A stretch of 64,000 nt of DNA from an uncultured Flavobacteriales bacterium (GTDB lineage: Bacteria > Bacteroidota > Bacteroidia > Flavobacteriales > BACL11): assembly GCA_964004625.1 (NCBI GenBank), contig CAXFOB010000039.1, forward strand, positions 84,087-148,086. Reading direction: 5' to 3'. Positions 9,194-17,327 of the stretch are shown here, one piece after another. The position numbers were made by a program, and so were the translations under genes. Under the pieces are notes generated by a model, which saw only the letters and a program-made list of their open reading frames with translations, was not told the origin of the DNA and did not search any database. Each line of letters begins with the position of its first letter. Positions within the stretch are counted from its first letter, which is position 1.

Positions 9194-10327
9194 CTATGAT
9201 TCTAAAATAAATAGATCTGAACATATATAATCAGAAATAAATTTACCTTTTGTAGTTAAGTATATCTTTTCTTTTTCCAGATAAATATCTTCTGATTCCA
9301 ACCATTTTATCATTTCTTTTTTGAGGTGAATAAAAGTGTCCATCCCAAATTTAGTTTTTATAAGATTTAAATTTATTCCCCAAATTGTTCGTAAAGATGT
9401 CATAATATAGTCATTATATTTTTGGGGATTTGAGAGGCATTCTTTTTCAAAAGGTAAAACACTTTTATTTATTTGTTTAATGTATTTTGTGTTATTAGAG
9501 ATATTCCATTGTCTGCTATCTCCATCAAAAGAATGCGCAGAAGGACCAATGCCAAGATATTCCTTACCAAGCCAATAGCTAGAGTTATGTTTAGAAAAAT
9601 AATTATTTTTCCCAAAATTAGATATTTCGTATTGTATAAATCCTCTTTTCTCACACTCTGAAATTAATATTTCAAAATGTTTAGAGGATTCAATATCCTC
9701 TAATTCATTTATCTGATTTGTATCTATTAGATGTTTCAGTTTTGTTTTTTCTTCAATAGTTAGTGAATATGCTGAAATGTGTTGTATCTCCAAACTAAAT
9801 GCTTTTTCTAAGTTTTTTTTCCAATCGTTTAAGGATTGATTAGGTAAAGAAAAAATTAGATCAATAGATATGTTGTCAAATCCAATATCTTGAGCATCTT
9901 TAATACAATTTTTAGCCTGTATGCTATTATGAGATCTGTTCATAAATTGCAAATCCCTATCTTTAAAAGATTGTATACCAACACTAAGTCTGTTTACTCC
10001 TAATTTCTTTAATATTTTTAACTTTTCTTTTGATAAATCATCAGGGTTACATTCAAAACTGACCTCAGTTTCATCTTTTACTTCAAAATATTCCTTAATC
10101 TTATTAAATATTTTTATTAGATCCTCTTCTTTTAATATTGAAGGAGTACCTCCACCAAAGTACAAACTATTTAACGATTTGTTTTTTAGGTATGATTTTC
10201 TTAAATCAATTTCTTTAAGGATGCTATCTATTAGATTCTTTTTATCTTTTTGCGAGGTTCTAAAATAGAAGTTACAATAGGAGCATTTTTGTTTACAATA
10301 TGGAATATGTATATATATAGAAGCCAA
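9194..10327 (-). CDS. hemW: radical SAM heme chaperone HemW (HemN-like, oxygen-independent coproporphyrinogen oxidase family)
   Basis: N-terminus MASIYIHIPYCKQKCSYCNFY carries the CxxxCxxC radical-SAM cluster motif. Length 377 aa. The start codon appears to be TTG (CAA on the + strand at 10325..10327). Confidence 0.85.
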   Translation of the reverse strand: MASIYIHIPYCKQKCSYCNFYFRTSQKDKKNLIDSILKEIDLRKSYLKNKSLNSLYFGGGTPSILKEEDLIKIFNKIKEYFEVKDETEVSFECNPDDLSKEKLKILKKLGVNRLSVGIQSFKDRDLQFMNRSHNSIQAKNCIKDAQDIGFDNISIDLIFSLPNQSLNDWKKNLEKAFSLEIQHISAYSLTIEEKTKLKHLIDTNQINELEDIESSKHFEILISECEKRGFIQYEISNFGKNNYFSKHNSSYWLGKEYLGIGPSAHSFDGDSRQWNISNNTKYIKQINKSVLPFEKECLSNPQKYNDYIMTSLRTIWGINLNLIKTKFGMDTFIHLKKEMIKWLESEDIYLEKEKIYLTTKGKFISDYICSDLFILES

Positions 10328-10330
10328 TAA

Positions 10331-10367
10331 AAATAGTTTTATTTTTTATGCGAATATAAAACTATTT
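10331..10367. promoter_or_regulatory. perfect 12-bp inverted repeat next to the hemW start
   Basis: AAATAGTTTTAT (10331..10342) and ATAAAACTATTT (10356..10367) are exact reverse complements separated by 13 nt. The left arm begins 3 nt beyond the hemW start codon. Confidence 0.4.
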
Positions 10368-10429
10368 AAGTTTGCTTTAAAATCATCCTTTTATTATACT
10401 TATCGACCTTAAGTAATTAACCTTTTGTT

Positions 10430-10437
10430 TATCTTTG
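10430..10437 (+). promoter_or_regulatory. -7 promoter box for msrB-msrA
   Basis: TATCTTTG is an exact TAnnTTTG, with 44 nt between its G and the ATG at 10482. Confidence 0.45.
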
Positions 10438-10481
10438 TGTCAGAACAAGTATTTTTATCAGATGTCAAATAAATTTCGGAA

Positions 10482-11327
10482 ATGAGCGAACAAGATATTT
10501 TTTCAAATTTAACTCAAGAGGAAAGAGAAATTATAGTAAATAAAGGAACGGAAGCCCCTTTCTCAGGAGAGTATAACGACCATTTTGATGCTGGAATATT
10601 TATTTGTAGGGCATGTAAAAGCCCTTTATATGAGTCAAATACAAAATTTAATTCTGGATGTGGATGGCCTTCATTTGATGACGAGATAGAGGGATCAATT
10701 TCTAGGCATGAAGATTTAAGTGGGGGAAGAGTCCGAACAGAAATTTGTTGTAAGAAATGTGGTGGACATTTAGGACATGTTTTTCATGGAGAACAAATTA
10801 CTGAGAAAAACACAAGGCATTGTGTAAACTCCTTAAGTATACAATTCAAAAAGTACGATAATTTATCTATTGCTTATTTTGGAGCAGGTTGCTTTTGGTC
10901 TGTTGAAAAAATCTTTAGAGACACAAAAGGTGTTTATATGTGTCAGTCAGGATATATGGGTGGAGACACAAAAAATCCAAATTATAGAGAGGTTTGTACT
11001 GGAAAAACAAATCATGCAGAAGTTGTGGAGATTTATTTTGATGATAAAGATGTTTCGTATGATTCTTTACTTCAAATATTTTGGGACAATCACAATCCAA
11101 CAAGTTTAAATAGACAAGGTTTAGATCTAGGAACTCAATATAGGTCTGTAATCTATTATACGTCTATCTTTCAAAAAGATTCTGCGAATAGTTCTTTAAT
11201 TGTAGCTCAAAAGAATTGGGATAGATTAATAGTAACTCAAATTGAAAAATCAACAGTTTTTTACAGAGCGGAAGAATATCATCAGAATTATCTCAATAAA
11301 AATAATTTAGGAACCTGTTCTTTATAA
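10482..11327 (+). CDS. msrAB: bifunctional methionine sulfoxide reductase (MsrB domain then MsrA domain)
   Basis: The N-half has two CxxC zinc motifs (CRACKSPL, CKKCGGHLGHVF) and RHCVNS, which marks MsrB. The C-half has the GAGCFWSVE active site, which marks MsrA. Confidence 0.9.
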   Translation: MSEQDIFSNLTQEEREIIVNKGTEAPFSGEYNDHFDAGIFICRACKSPLYESNTKFNSGCGWPSFDDEIEGSISRHEDLSGGRVRTEICCKKCGGHLGHVFHGEQITEKNTRHCVNSLSIQFKKYDNLSIAYFGAGCFWSVEKIFRDTKGVYMCQSGYMGGDTKNPNYREVCTGKTNHAEVVEIYFDDKDVSYDSLLQIFWDNHNPTSLNRQGLDLGTQYRSVIYYTSIFQKDSANSSLIVAQKNWDRLIVTQIEKSTVFYRAEEYHQNYLNKNNLGTCSL

Positions 11328-12620
11328 TTATTTCGGTAATAAGATACAAAATGTGGTTCCCTCATCTTTATTCGAACTTTTCACATAGATTTTTCCTTTA
11401 TGATAATCCTCTATAATTCTTTTAACCAAAGAGAGTCCTAATCCCCATCCTCTTTTTTTAGAAGTTATACCAGGCATGAAAATAGATCGGATAATAGATT
11501 TATCAATACCACCACCAGTATCTGATATCTGAATTTGAATTTCATTATCTTTTTCAGAGCAACTAATACTAATACTTCCTTCTCCTTTCATAGCATCTGC
11601 AGCGTTTTTACAAATATTTTCAATAACCCATATAATAAGTACTTTATTTAGCTTCACATTTTTACGTATTAGAGATATTTTTTGAAGAAATTTAATTTTT
11701 TTAGAAAATCTTTTCTCCATATATGAAACAGAATCATTAATAATACTTTCTAAATTTTCTTCAGTAAGTTCTGTTTTTGATCCAATTTTAGAAAAACGTT
11801 CGGTAATTATTTCTAGCCTTTTGAGATCTTTTTCCATTTCAATAATCATACTTTTGTTTTCTTCTTTTTGTTTCAAAAGTTCTACCCAAGCCATTAATGA
11901 AGAAAGAGGAGTGCCTATTTGATGAGCTGTTTCTTTTGCCATACCGGCCCATACTTGATTTTGTTCCGATTTTCTGGCGGCATTAAATATAAAATAGGCT
12001 AATAAAACAAAAAGTAGAATAAAAACAAATTGGTAGTACGGATACCATTTCATCTCATCTAGAATTTCTTTAGTAAATTTTTGTTTTTCTAAAGTAAATT
12101 CATGCATCTCACTAGTTTGGTCAAGAATTGCAGAGTTTTTATAATATAACCTTTGTTTTTCTCCAAATACATCTATAAAAATTGAATCTCCCACATTTTT
12201 CATTAGCTCCAATTCTTTAAGGATAAATTCTTTTTTCTTTTCAGGATTATTATTTATATCTTCTTGAATTCCCAAATTTCTAGTTTGTAAGATGTCATGA
12301 CATTCATCAATTAAAATAAGGGGAATATGAACATTTTGTTTAACAATTTCCATTGAGAAAGAGAAATCTCCTTCAATTTCTGGATTCATATTATTTAGGT
12401 GTTGTATGGCTTTTGCAAAATTTGCCATATTTTCTGATTCTTCTCTTTCTAACGTTTTCTCATTTTGTTTTAGGGTTTCAATAGATTGACTAAGAGAGTT
12501 GATAGATTCTTCTAATGAATTTTCTAATGAACGTGTAAGATATATAGATAGTGATGATATAATTACAGCAACTATAAATAATGCATATTTCCACTTTTGT
12601 TTTCTTTTATAAAAATCCAT
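11328..12620 (-). CDS. membrane sensor histidine kinase (HisKA + HATPase_c), no adjacent response regulator
   Basis: Two TM segments flank a periplasmic region of about 170 aa. H-box is ETAHQIGTPLSSL. C-terminal ATPase motifs are NAADAM, DTGGGI and GWGLGLS. I prefer the start MDFYKRKQKWKY at 12620; the ORF-track start at 12644 would overlap the upstream gene. Confidence 0.85.
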   Translation of the reverse strand: MDFYKRKQKWKYALFIVAVIISSLSIYLTRSLENSLEESINSLSQSIETLKQNEKTLEREESENMANFAKAIQHLNNMNPEIEGDFSFSMEIVKQNVHIPLILIDECHDILQTRNLGIQEDINNNPEKKKEFILKELELMKNVGDSIFIDVFGEKQRLYYKNSAILDQTSEMHEFTLEKQKFTKEILDEMKWYPYYQFVFILLFVLLAYFIFNAARKSEQNQVWAGMAKETAHQIGTPLSSLMAWVELLKQKEENKSMIIEMEKDLKRLEIITERFSKIGSKTELTEENLESIINDSVSYMEKRFSKKIKFLQKISLIRKNVKLNKVLIIWVIENICKNAADAMKGEGSISISCSEKDNEIQIQISDTGGGIDKSIIRSIFMPGITSKKRGWGLGLSLVKRIIEDYHKGKIYVKSSNKDEGTTFCILLPK

Positions 12621-12625
12621 ATTAG

Positions 12626-15133
12626 TTATTTTTCGTCTTCCCACTCAATTTCAAGACCAGAATCTTCTTCTACCCATTCTGGTAACTCTTTTTCTTCCAA
12701 ATCAGGTTGATTTAATATCTTTTCTTTAATTATATTTTTTATTTCTATAGTTTCTTTCTTTATTTCTTCAAAGACATCTCCTTTTAGTTTTACTTTATCT
12801 AAAGATATTTTGTAATCATCCACATGTCCTCTCATTTTTACTTGTATTGTTGTTTTCCCTTCCATATTTTTTCTAATTTCATCCACATTAACGGATTGTC
12901 TTTCCTTTACTTTTCTCCCCAACACATCAGAAAGAAGCAGCCGAATCCGATAATCCATTATATTGTTAAAACTATGACTTCCGGATACATGTACGCTTAA
13001 TGCTGTAGAGCGTATGTCCATTTCAGGTATTATAATTTTTTCGTTTTCTATTCGAATTGTGTTTTCAAGATTAGCAAATTTTACATTTTTTAGCTCATTT
13101 AAACTTACATAATCAGATAAATTATACATTGGTTCAAACTCAATAAGCTCTCCGTTCTCAATTTTAAGCTGTGCATTTACATTTAAAGAAGGTGTGTAAA
13201 ATTTATAATCTTTATCCCACATTGACTGTATATACATATTAGCTGTAGCAAGTCCTTTTATATTTTTATCTGTCACAAAATTTTGACCAAGATTGTTAAA
13301 ACTTTTAAACCCATCTGAAATATTAATTTTATTTAAACTAATATTAGATTTTAAAACTAAATCATGAAGTTTATTTTCAAAATAATCAAAACTTGCAGAA
13401 ATTCTGCCATCAAGAGTTTTCATTTCTAATTTTTCAGAAGAAAGTTTTAACTTATCCATATCGTATTTTAAATTACCCTTAAGTTTCTTGGCATTAAATT
13501 GTTTGTACCAAAAAGATTCTACATTTACCTCTAAATCAGTTTCTATCCATTCAGGCAGAACTGTACTAAATTCTTCTCCCTCGTTAGTTCCATTGATTTC
13601 CGTTATAGTATATAGTTCTTCAAACTTCATGTTTTTCGATAAAACATCTCCAGTAATATGTATCTTACTTCTCTGATTTATCAGATATAGAATAAGGTCT
13701 GATATTTCTCCTTTAAAATTTAAGTCAGTATTGCTAACATTTAAATTTTCATCCGGAAATTTTACAACATTATTCTCTACAATCCAATTCATTTCTTTAG
13801 TTTCAAATTCTAAATCAGATTCTTTATAATTAAAATACACATCTTTAAAATTTAAATTTGCAGAATGAATAGATGAAGAAATAAATTCAAATATTTTGTC
13901 ATCAAAGCTAATATTTCCATTATAATATATAATGCCAGAAACATTTCCATTTAGATTTCTGAAAGGAGAATCTTCTAAGAAATGATTCAATTCTAATAAT
14001 TGCCATGAAGAATATAGGTTGGTATTCAGATGATAATTATTTAAATTAGATAAAGTAAAGTCACCTTGCAATTCCCCGTCATTTTTAGTTGAACTAAAAT
14101 TATTAAACTCAAATTTAGAAGTTGAAAAGTTTCGATTTTTTCCGTTGTTAAAATTTCCTTCAGATCTTATATTAGTTAGTTCAAAATCTACTGTTTTACT
14201 TTTGTATCCAGATTCTTCTAATGTGAAATCAATATTACAATAAGGATTTGTAAAATATTTATCTTTTTTCACATGAATTGTAGCAGATATACCACCTGAT
14301 AAAAGATGATTTTTAAAGAGATAATGAAATCTCTTAGGGGAGGAGTGTATTATCTCTATTAGTTCTGCAGAGTTGACTTTACAATTTAATTCCCAAGTAT
14401 TGTCCAAATAATAATAATTTACCTCTTCAAAAAAAGATTCATTTATTTTAGCGTTTGAAGAATGTAATAGTATTGAATCTTCTTTTATAGAAATTTTAGA
14501 GTTCAACAAAACAGATTTATTGTTTAAATACTCCAAATTATCAATATACAAATTCGCGTCCTCTAAATCAGATTTTAGATGAATAATATTATTATCCCAG
14601 TTCTTAAAATTTAATATTGAAGAATTAACTTTTGTTTTTAAGAAGTATTTATTTTTTAGATTTTCATACACTAGATTTGTATTCTCTATTTCTAATGAAC
14701 TAATCTGTAAACTTTTTTCTGTAGAATTAGAATCTTTAAGTATGTGGAAGTTAGGAATTCCATTCTTAGAATATTTTAAATGAATATTCCCATGTAATAT
14801 GGAGATATTAGAGATTGAATAATTACTTGTTAAGACGTCCAGTAAATTTAATTTGACAACTCCAGTTTTTGCAAACAACAAACTATCTGTATCGCTTTCT
14901 TCAGCACTAGAAATTAATAAATCAGTAAAAGTAACAGAAGCATAAGGGAAATTTTTAAACAAAGAAAAATTTATTTCTGATAATGATACTTCTTTTTTAA
15001 TCTTAGAGTTAATATTGTTAAGGATTACATTTTCAATTTGCTCTCCAAACAGTAAAGTAAATCCAGATCCTAATACAATAACAAGAATTACAATTAAAGA
15101 AATAACTTTTAATATTTGTTTTGATTTTTTCAT
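12626..15133 (-). CDS. AsmA-like large envelope protein (N-terminal membrane anchor, 835 aa)
   Basis: N-terminal TM segment ILKVISLIVILVIVLGSGFTLLF, then a long repetitive beta-rich sequence typical of Bacteroidota AsmA-family proteins. Family assignment is by overall resemblance only. Confidence 0.6.
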   Translation of the reverse strand: MKKSKQILKVISLIVILVIVLGSGFTLLFGEQIENVILNNINSKIKKEVSLSEINFSLFKNFPYASVTFTDLLISSAEESDTDSLLFAKTGVVKLNLLDVLTSNYSISNISILHGNIHLKYSKNGIPNFHILKDSNSTEKSLQISSLEIENTNLVYENLKNKYFLKTKVNSSILNFKNWDNNIIHLKSDLEDANLYIDNLEYLNNKSVLLNSKISIKEDSILLHSSNAKINESFFEEVNYYYLDNTWELNCKVNSAELIEIIHSSPKRFHYLFKNHLLSGGISATIHVKKDKYFTNPYCNIDFTLEESGYKSKTVDFELTNIRSEGNFNNGKNRNFSTSKFEFNNFSSTKNDGELQGDFTLSNLNNYHLNTNLYSSWQLLELNHFLEDSPFRNLNGNVSGIIYYNGNISFDDKIFEFISSSIHSANLNFKDVYFNYKESDLEFETKEMNWIVENNVVKFPDENLNVSNTDLNFKGEISDLILYLINQRSKIHITGDVLSKNMKFEELYTITEINGTNEGEEFSTVLPEWIETDLEVNVESFWYKQFNAKKLKGNLKYDMDKLKLSSEKLEMKTLDGRISASFDYFENKLHDLVLKSNISLNKINISDGFKSFNNLGQNFVTDKNIKGLATANMYIQSMWDKDYKFYTPSLNVNAQLKIENGELIEFEPMYNLSDYVSLNELKNVKFANLENTIRIENEKIIIPEMDIRSTALSVHVSGSHSFNNIMDYRIRLLLSDVLGRKVKERQSVNVDEIRKNMEGKTTIQVKMRGHVDDYKISLDKVKLKGDVFEEIKKETIEIKNIIKEKILNQPDLEEKELPEWVEEDSGLEIEWEDEK

Positions 15134-15195
15134 TTAACAGCTAAAATTACGATAATCTGAATAAATAACGAAAACAGAACAAATTTTATATAAAA

Positions 15196-16041
15196 TTATA
15201 ATCTTTTTAATAAGTTTATTTCCTCATCTGATAAAAACCTTGATGTCTTTCTAGGTATATCTTTTTTAGTTAATCCTCCAAAAAAGACTAGATCTAGTCT
15301 AACCACTTTGTAGTTAAGATGATTAAAAATTTTAGAGATTATATTCCTCTTATTTGATTTTAATGCTATTCCAACTTCTGTTTTTTCTTTATCTAGTACA
15401 TATGAAATAGTATCTACCACTATTTTTTCCCCATCTATTATTAACCCATCTTTTATCTTTTTCAGATCTAAAGATTTTAATACTTTATTTAGACTAATAT
15501 GATATATCTTTTTAATTTTATTTTTAGGATGCGAAAGCTTCGAAGACAATTTCTCGTCATTAGTAAATAATAATAATCCGCTTGTGTTCTTATTTAATCT
15601 TCCAACAGGCAAAATCTTTTCTTTAGTGAGCCCTTTAATAAGTTCAAAAACAGAATCTTTTTTCCCAAAGTGATCTAATCTACTAGAATAATTTCTAGGT
15701 TTATTAAGTAATAAATATTTTTTTTTATCGGACTTAAGGGTTCTCCCATTAAACTTTACTATATCTGTTTCTTGAACTCTATATCCCATTTGTATAATTG
15801 ACTCTCCATTTACCTTTACTACACCTGCTTTAATTAATTTATCAGCTTCTCTTCTGCTACAAATTCCAGCATGAGCTAAGAATTGGTTTAATCTCATTGA
15901 TCCATCATCAATTCTTTTTGTAGATTTTTTGCTATTAGAGTTAGTTCGAAATTTCTTTCTTCCATACTTTTTTTGATTTGTAGAGTCGAAATTCCTTCTA
16001 TCTTTACTAGATGATTTTTGTCTTGTTTTATTATTTCTCAT
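15196..16041 (-). CDS. RsuA/RluB-family rRNA pseudouridine synthase with a basic N-terminal extension
   Basis: S4 domain RLNQFLAHAGICSRREADKLIKAGVVKVNG, followed by the catalytic region LLLNKP...GRLNKNTSGLLLFTND. The N-terminal 50 aa are rich in Lys, Arg and Ser. Confidence 0.85.
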   Translation of the reverse strand: MRNNKTRQKSSSKDRRNFDSTNQKKYGRKKFRTNSNSKKSTKRIDDGSMRLNQFLAHAGICSRREADKLIKAGVVKVNGESIIQMGYRVQETDIVKFNGRTLKSDKKKYLLLNKPRNYSSRLDHFGKKDSVFELIKGLTKEKILPVGRLNKNTSGLLLFTNDEKLSSKLSHPKNKIKKIYHISLNKVLKSLDLKKIKDGLIIDGEKIVVDTISYVLDKEKTEVGIALKSNKRNIISKIFNHLNYKVVRLDLVFFGGLTKKDIPRKTSRFLSDEEINLLKRL

Positions 16042-16069
16042 GAGACATGAATTTTTTGAAAAGAGATCA

Positions 16070-16077
16070 CAAAGATA
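16070..16077 (-). promoter_or_regulatory. -7 promoter box for the pseudouridine synthase gene
   Basis: TATCTTTG on the - strand is an exact TAnnTTTG, with 28 nt between its G and the ATG at 16041. Confidence 0.45.
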
Positions 16078-16093
16078 TTGTTAAAATCCATTT

Positions 16094-16114
16094 ATTAAGT
16101 GTTGGACACTTAAT
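16094..16114 (-). terminator. 9-bp stem / 3-nt loop hairpin downstream of the esterase gene (possible terminator without a U-tract)
   Basis: ATTAAGTGT (16094..16102), loop TGG, ACACTTAAT (16106..16114), perfectly complementary. No T-run follows on either strand. Confidence 0.3.
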
Positions 16115-16180
16115 ATCTTCTCCTAACTTTCCAGCTTTTTGTTTGTTGTCAGTTATTTTCGAAAAAGATAAATAATAGAA

Positions 16181-17272
16181 TTAATATAGGTCACTTTTTT
16201 TTACCACTTCTCCATTGCTGTATATATAAAAGAGTATAGTATTTTTTGTTTCATTTACTTCTCTGCCTAAAACATCCACAACTTTTACTAATTTTTTGTT
16301 GTCACTAACTACTAAGTCTGAACTTATGTTATTACATGGCAATAATGGGAAAAGAAAGTCACTAAAGAAATCAAGAGATTGTGTAAATTGAGAATTAGAA
16401 TTGCCACTAGCAGCCCAACTATGACCCTCTCCATCAAAAATTAGTTTATCATTATGAAGGTTAACTAAATCAGCTTGCGGATGAATTTCTCCTGCTCCAC
16501 ATAAATTAACAACAGCAGGATTATTTAACGCAGGAGCACAATAATAATTAACAGTATTATCATTAGTTCCTTGAGCACTAACAATTGGAGATTCATTTGA
16601 ATTAATCCATGTAAAATCATGTATTCCACCAGCTAAACTAATAACACCTGAAATTTCAGAAGAATAACCATTATTTCCTGAATTTCCCTCAATTGTTCCT
16701 CCAATTGAACCAGCAAGATTTTGAATATTTGCGGGTAATTCAGTGATATCACTTATAAAACCTTGGTGAATTGCTATAACAGCCCCAGCAGAATATCCTC
16801 CGGCAAAAATTGTCTCTGGATCTATTGCATATGTATTGCCATTTTCAGCCACGTCTTTTCTGAAAAATCGTACAGCAGCCTTTGCATCTGAAACTGCTTT
16901 TAAAACTGTTTCTAGTTGAACATCTTGACTTAATAAAAAAGAAAACATGTTAGATAATCTGTAATTAATTGACGCACAAACATAACCTCTTCTAGCAAAA
17001 GATTCACAAAAATCAACACAATCAGTCATACTTTTATCTCCTAAATAAAAAGATCCTCCGTGCATGTATATAATTACCGGCCTATTTGTTTCTGTATCAC
17101 CTTCGGGCATATAAATATCCATTTCATGTTCTAAGTCAATAAACACGTCCGAGTAGTTCACAGTTGTTTTATTTACATTAGTAAATATTTCTGTTTCATA
17201 TCTCCCATTACATTGCGAAAAAACAGAATATGAAACAAGTAATGATAAAGTAATAAAAAATAGTTTTTTCAT
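16181..17272 (-). CDS. secreted alpha/beta-hydrolase (esterase/lipase-like) with a short T9SS type-A-like C-terminal sorting domain
   Basis: Signal peptide MKKLFFITLSLLVSYSVFSQ. HGGSF oxyanion motif and G-Y-S-A-G nucleophile elbow. C-terminus KKLVKVVDVLGREVNETKNTILFYIYSNGEVVKKSDLY resembles a short Por secretion tail. Confidence 0.75.
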   Translation of the reverse strand: MKKLFFITLSLLVSYSVFSQCNGRYETEIFTNVNKTTVNYSDVFIDLEHEMDIYMPEGDTETNRPVIIYMHGGSFYLGDKSMTDCVDFCESFARRGYVCASINYRLSNMFSFLLSQDVQLETVLKAVSDAKAAVRFFRKDVAENGNTYAIDPETIFAGGYSAGAVIAIHQGFISDITELPANIQNLAGSIGGTIEGNSGNNGYSSEISGVISLAGGIHDFTWINSNESPIVSAQGTNDNTVNYYCAPALNNPAVVNLCGAGEIHPQADLVNLHNDKLIFDGEGHSWAASGNSNSQFTQSLDFFSDFLFPLLPCNNISSDLVVSDNKKLVKVVDVLGREVNETKNTILFYIYSNGEVVKKSDLY

Positions 17273-17327
17273 ATTTAAATAATTTAAAGCTAATATAATG
17301 TTAATTGATATGAAAGCATTAAAAATA

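Noticed and set aside
10462-10485. 7-codon upstream ORF (MSNKFRK) whose TGA overlaps the msrAB ATG
   Set aside because: It is geometrically suggestive of a coupled uORF, since it lies between the -7 box and the start. However, it is very short, it sits in AT-rich DNA where chance ATGs are common, and I have no conservation evidence.
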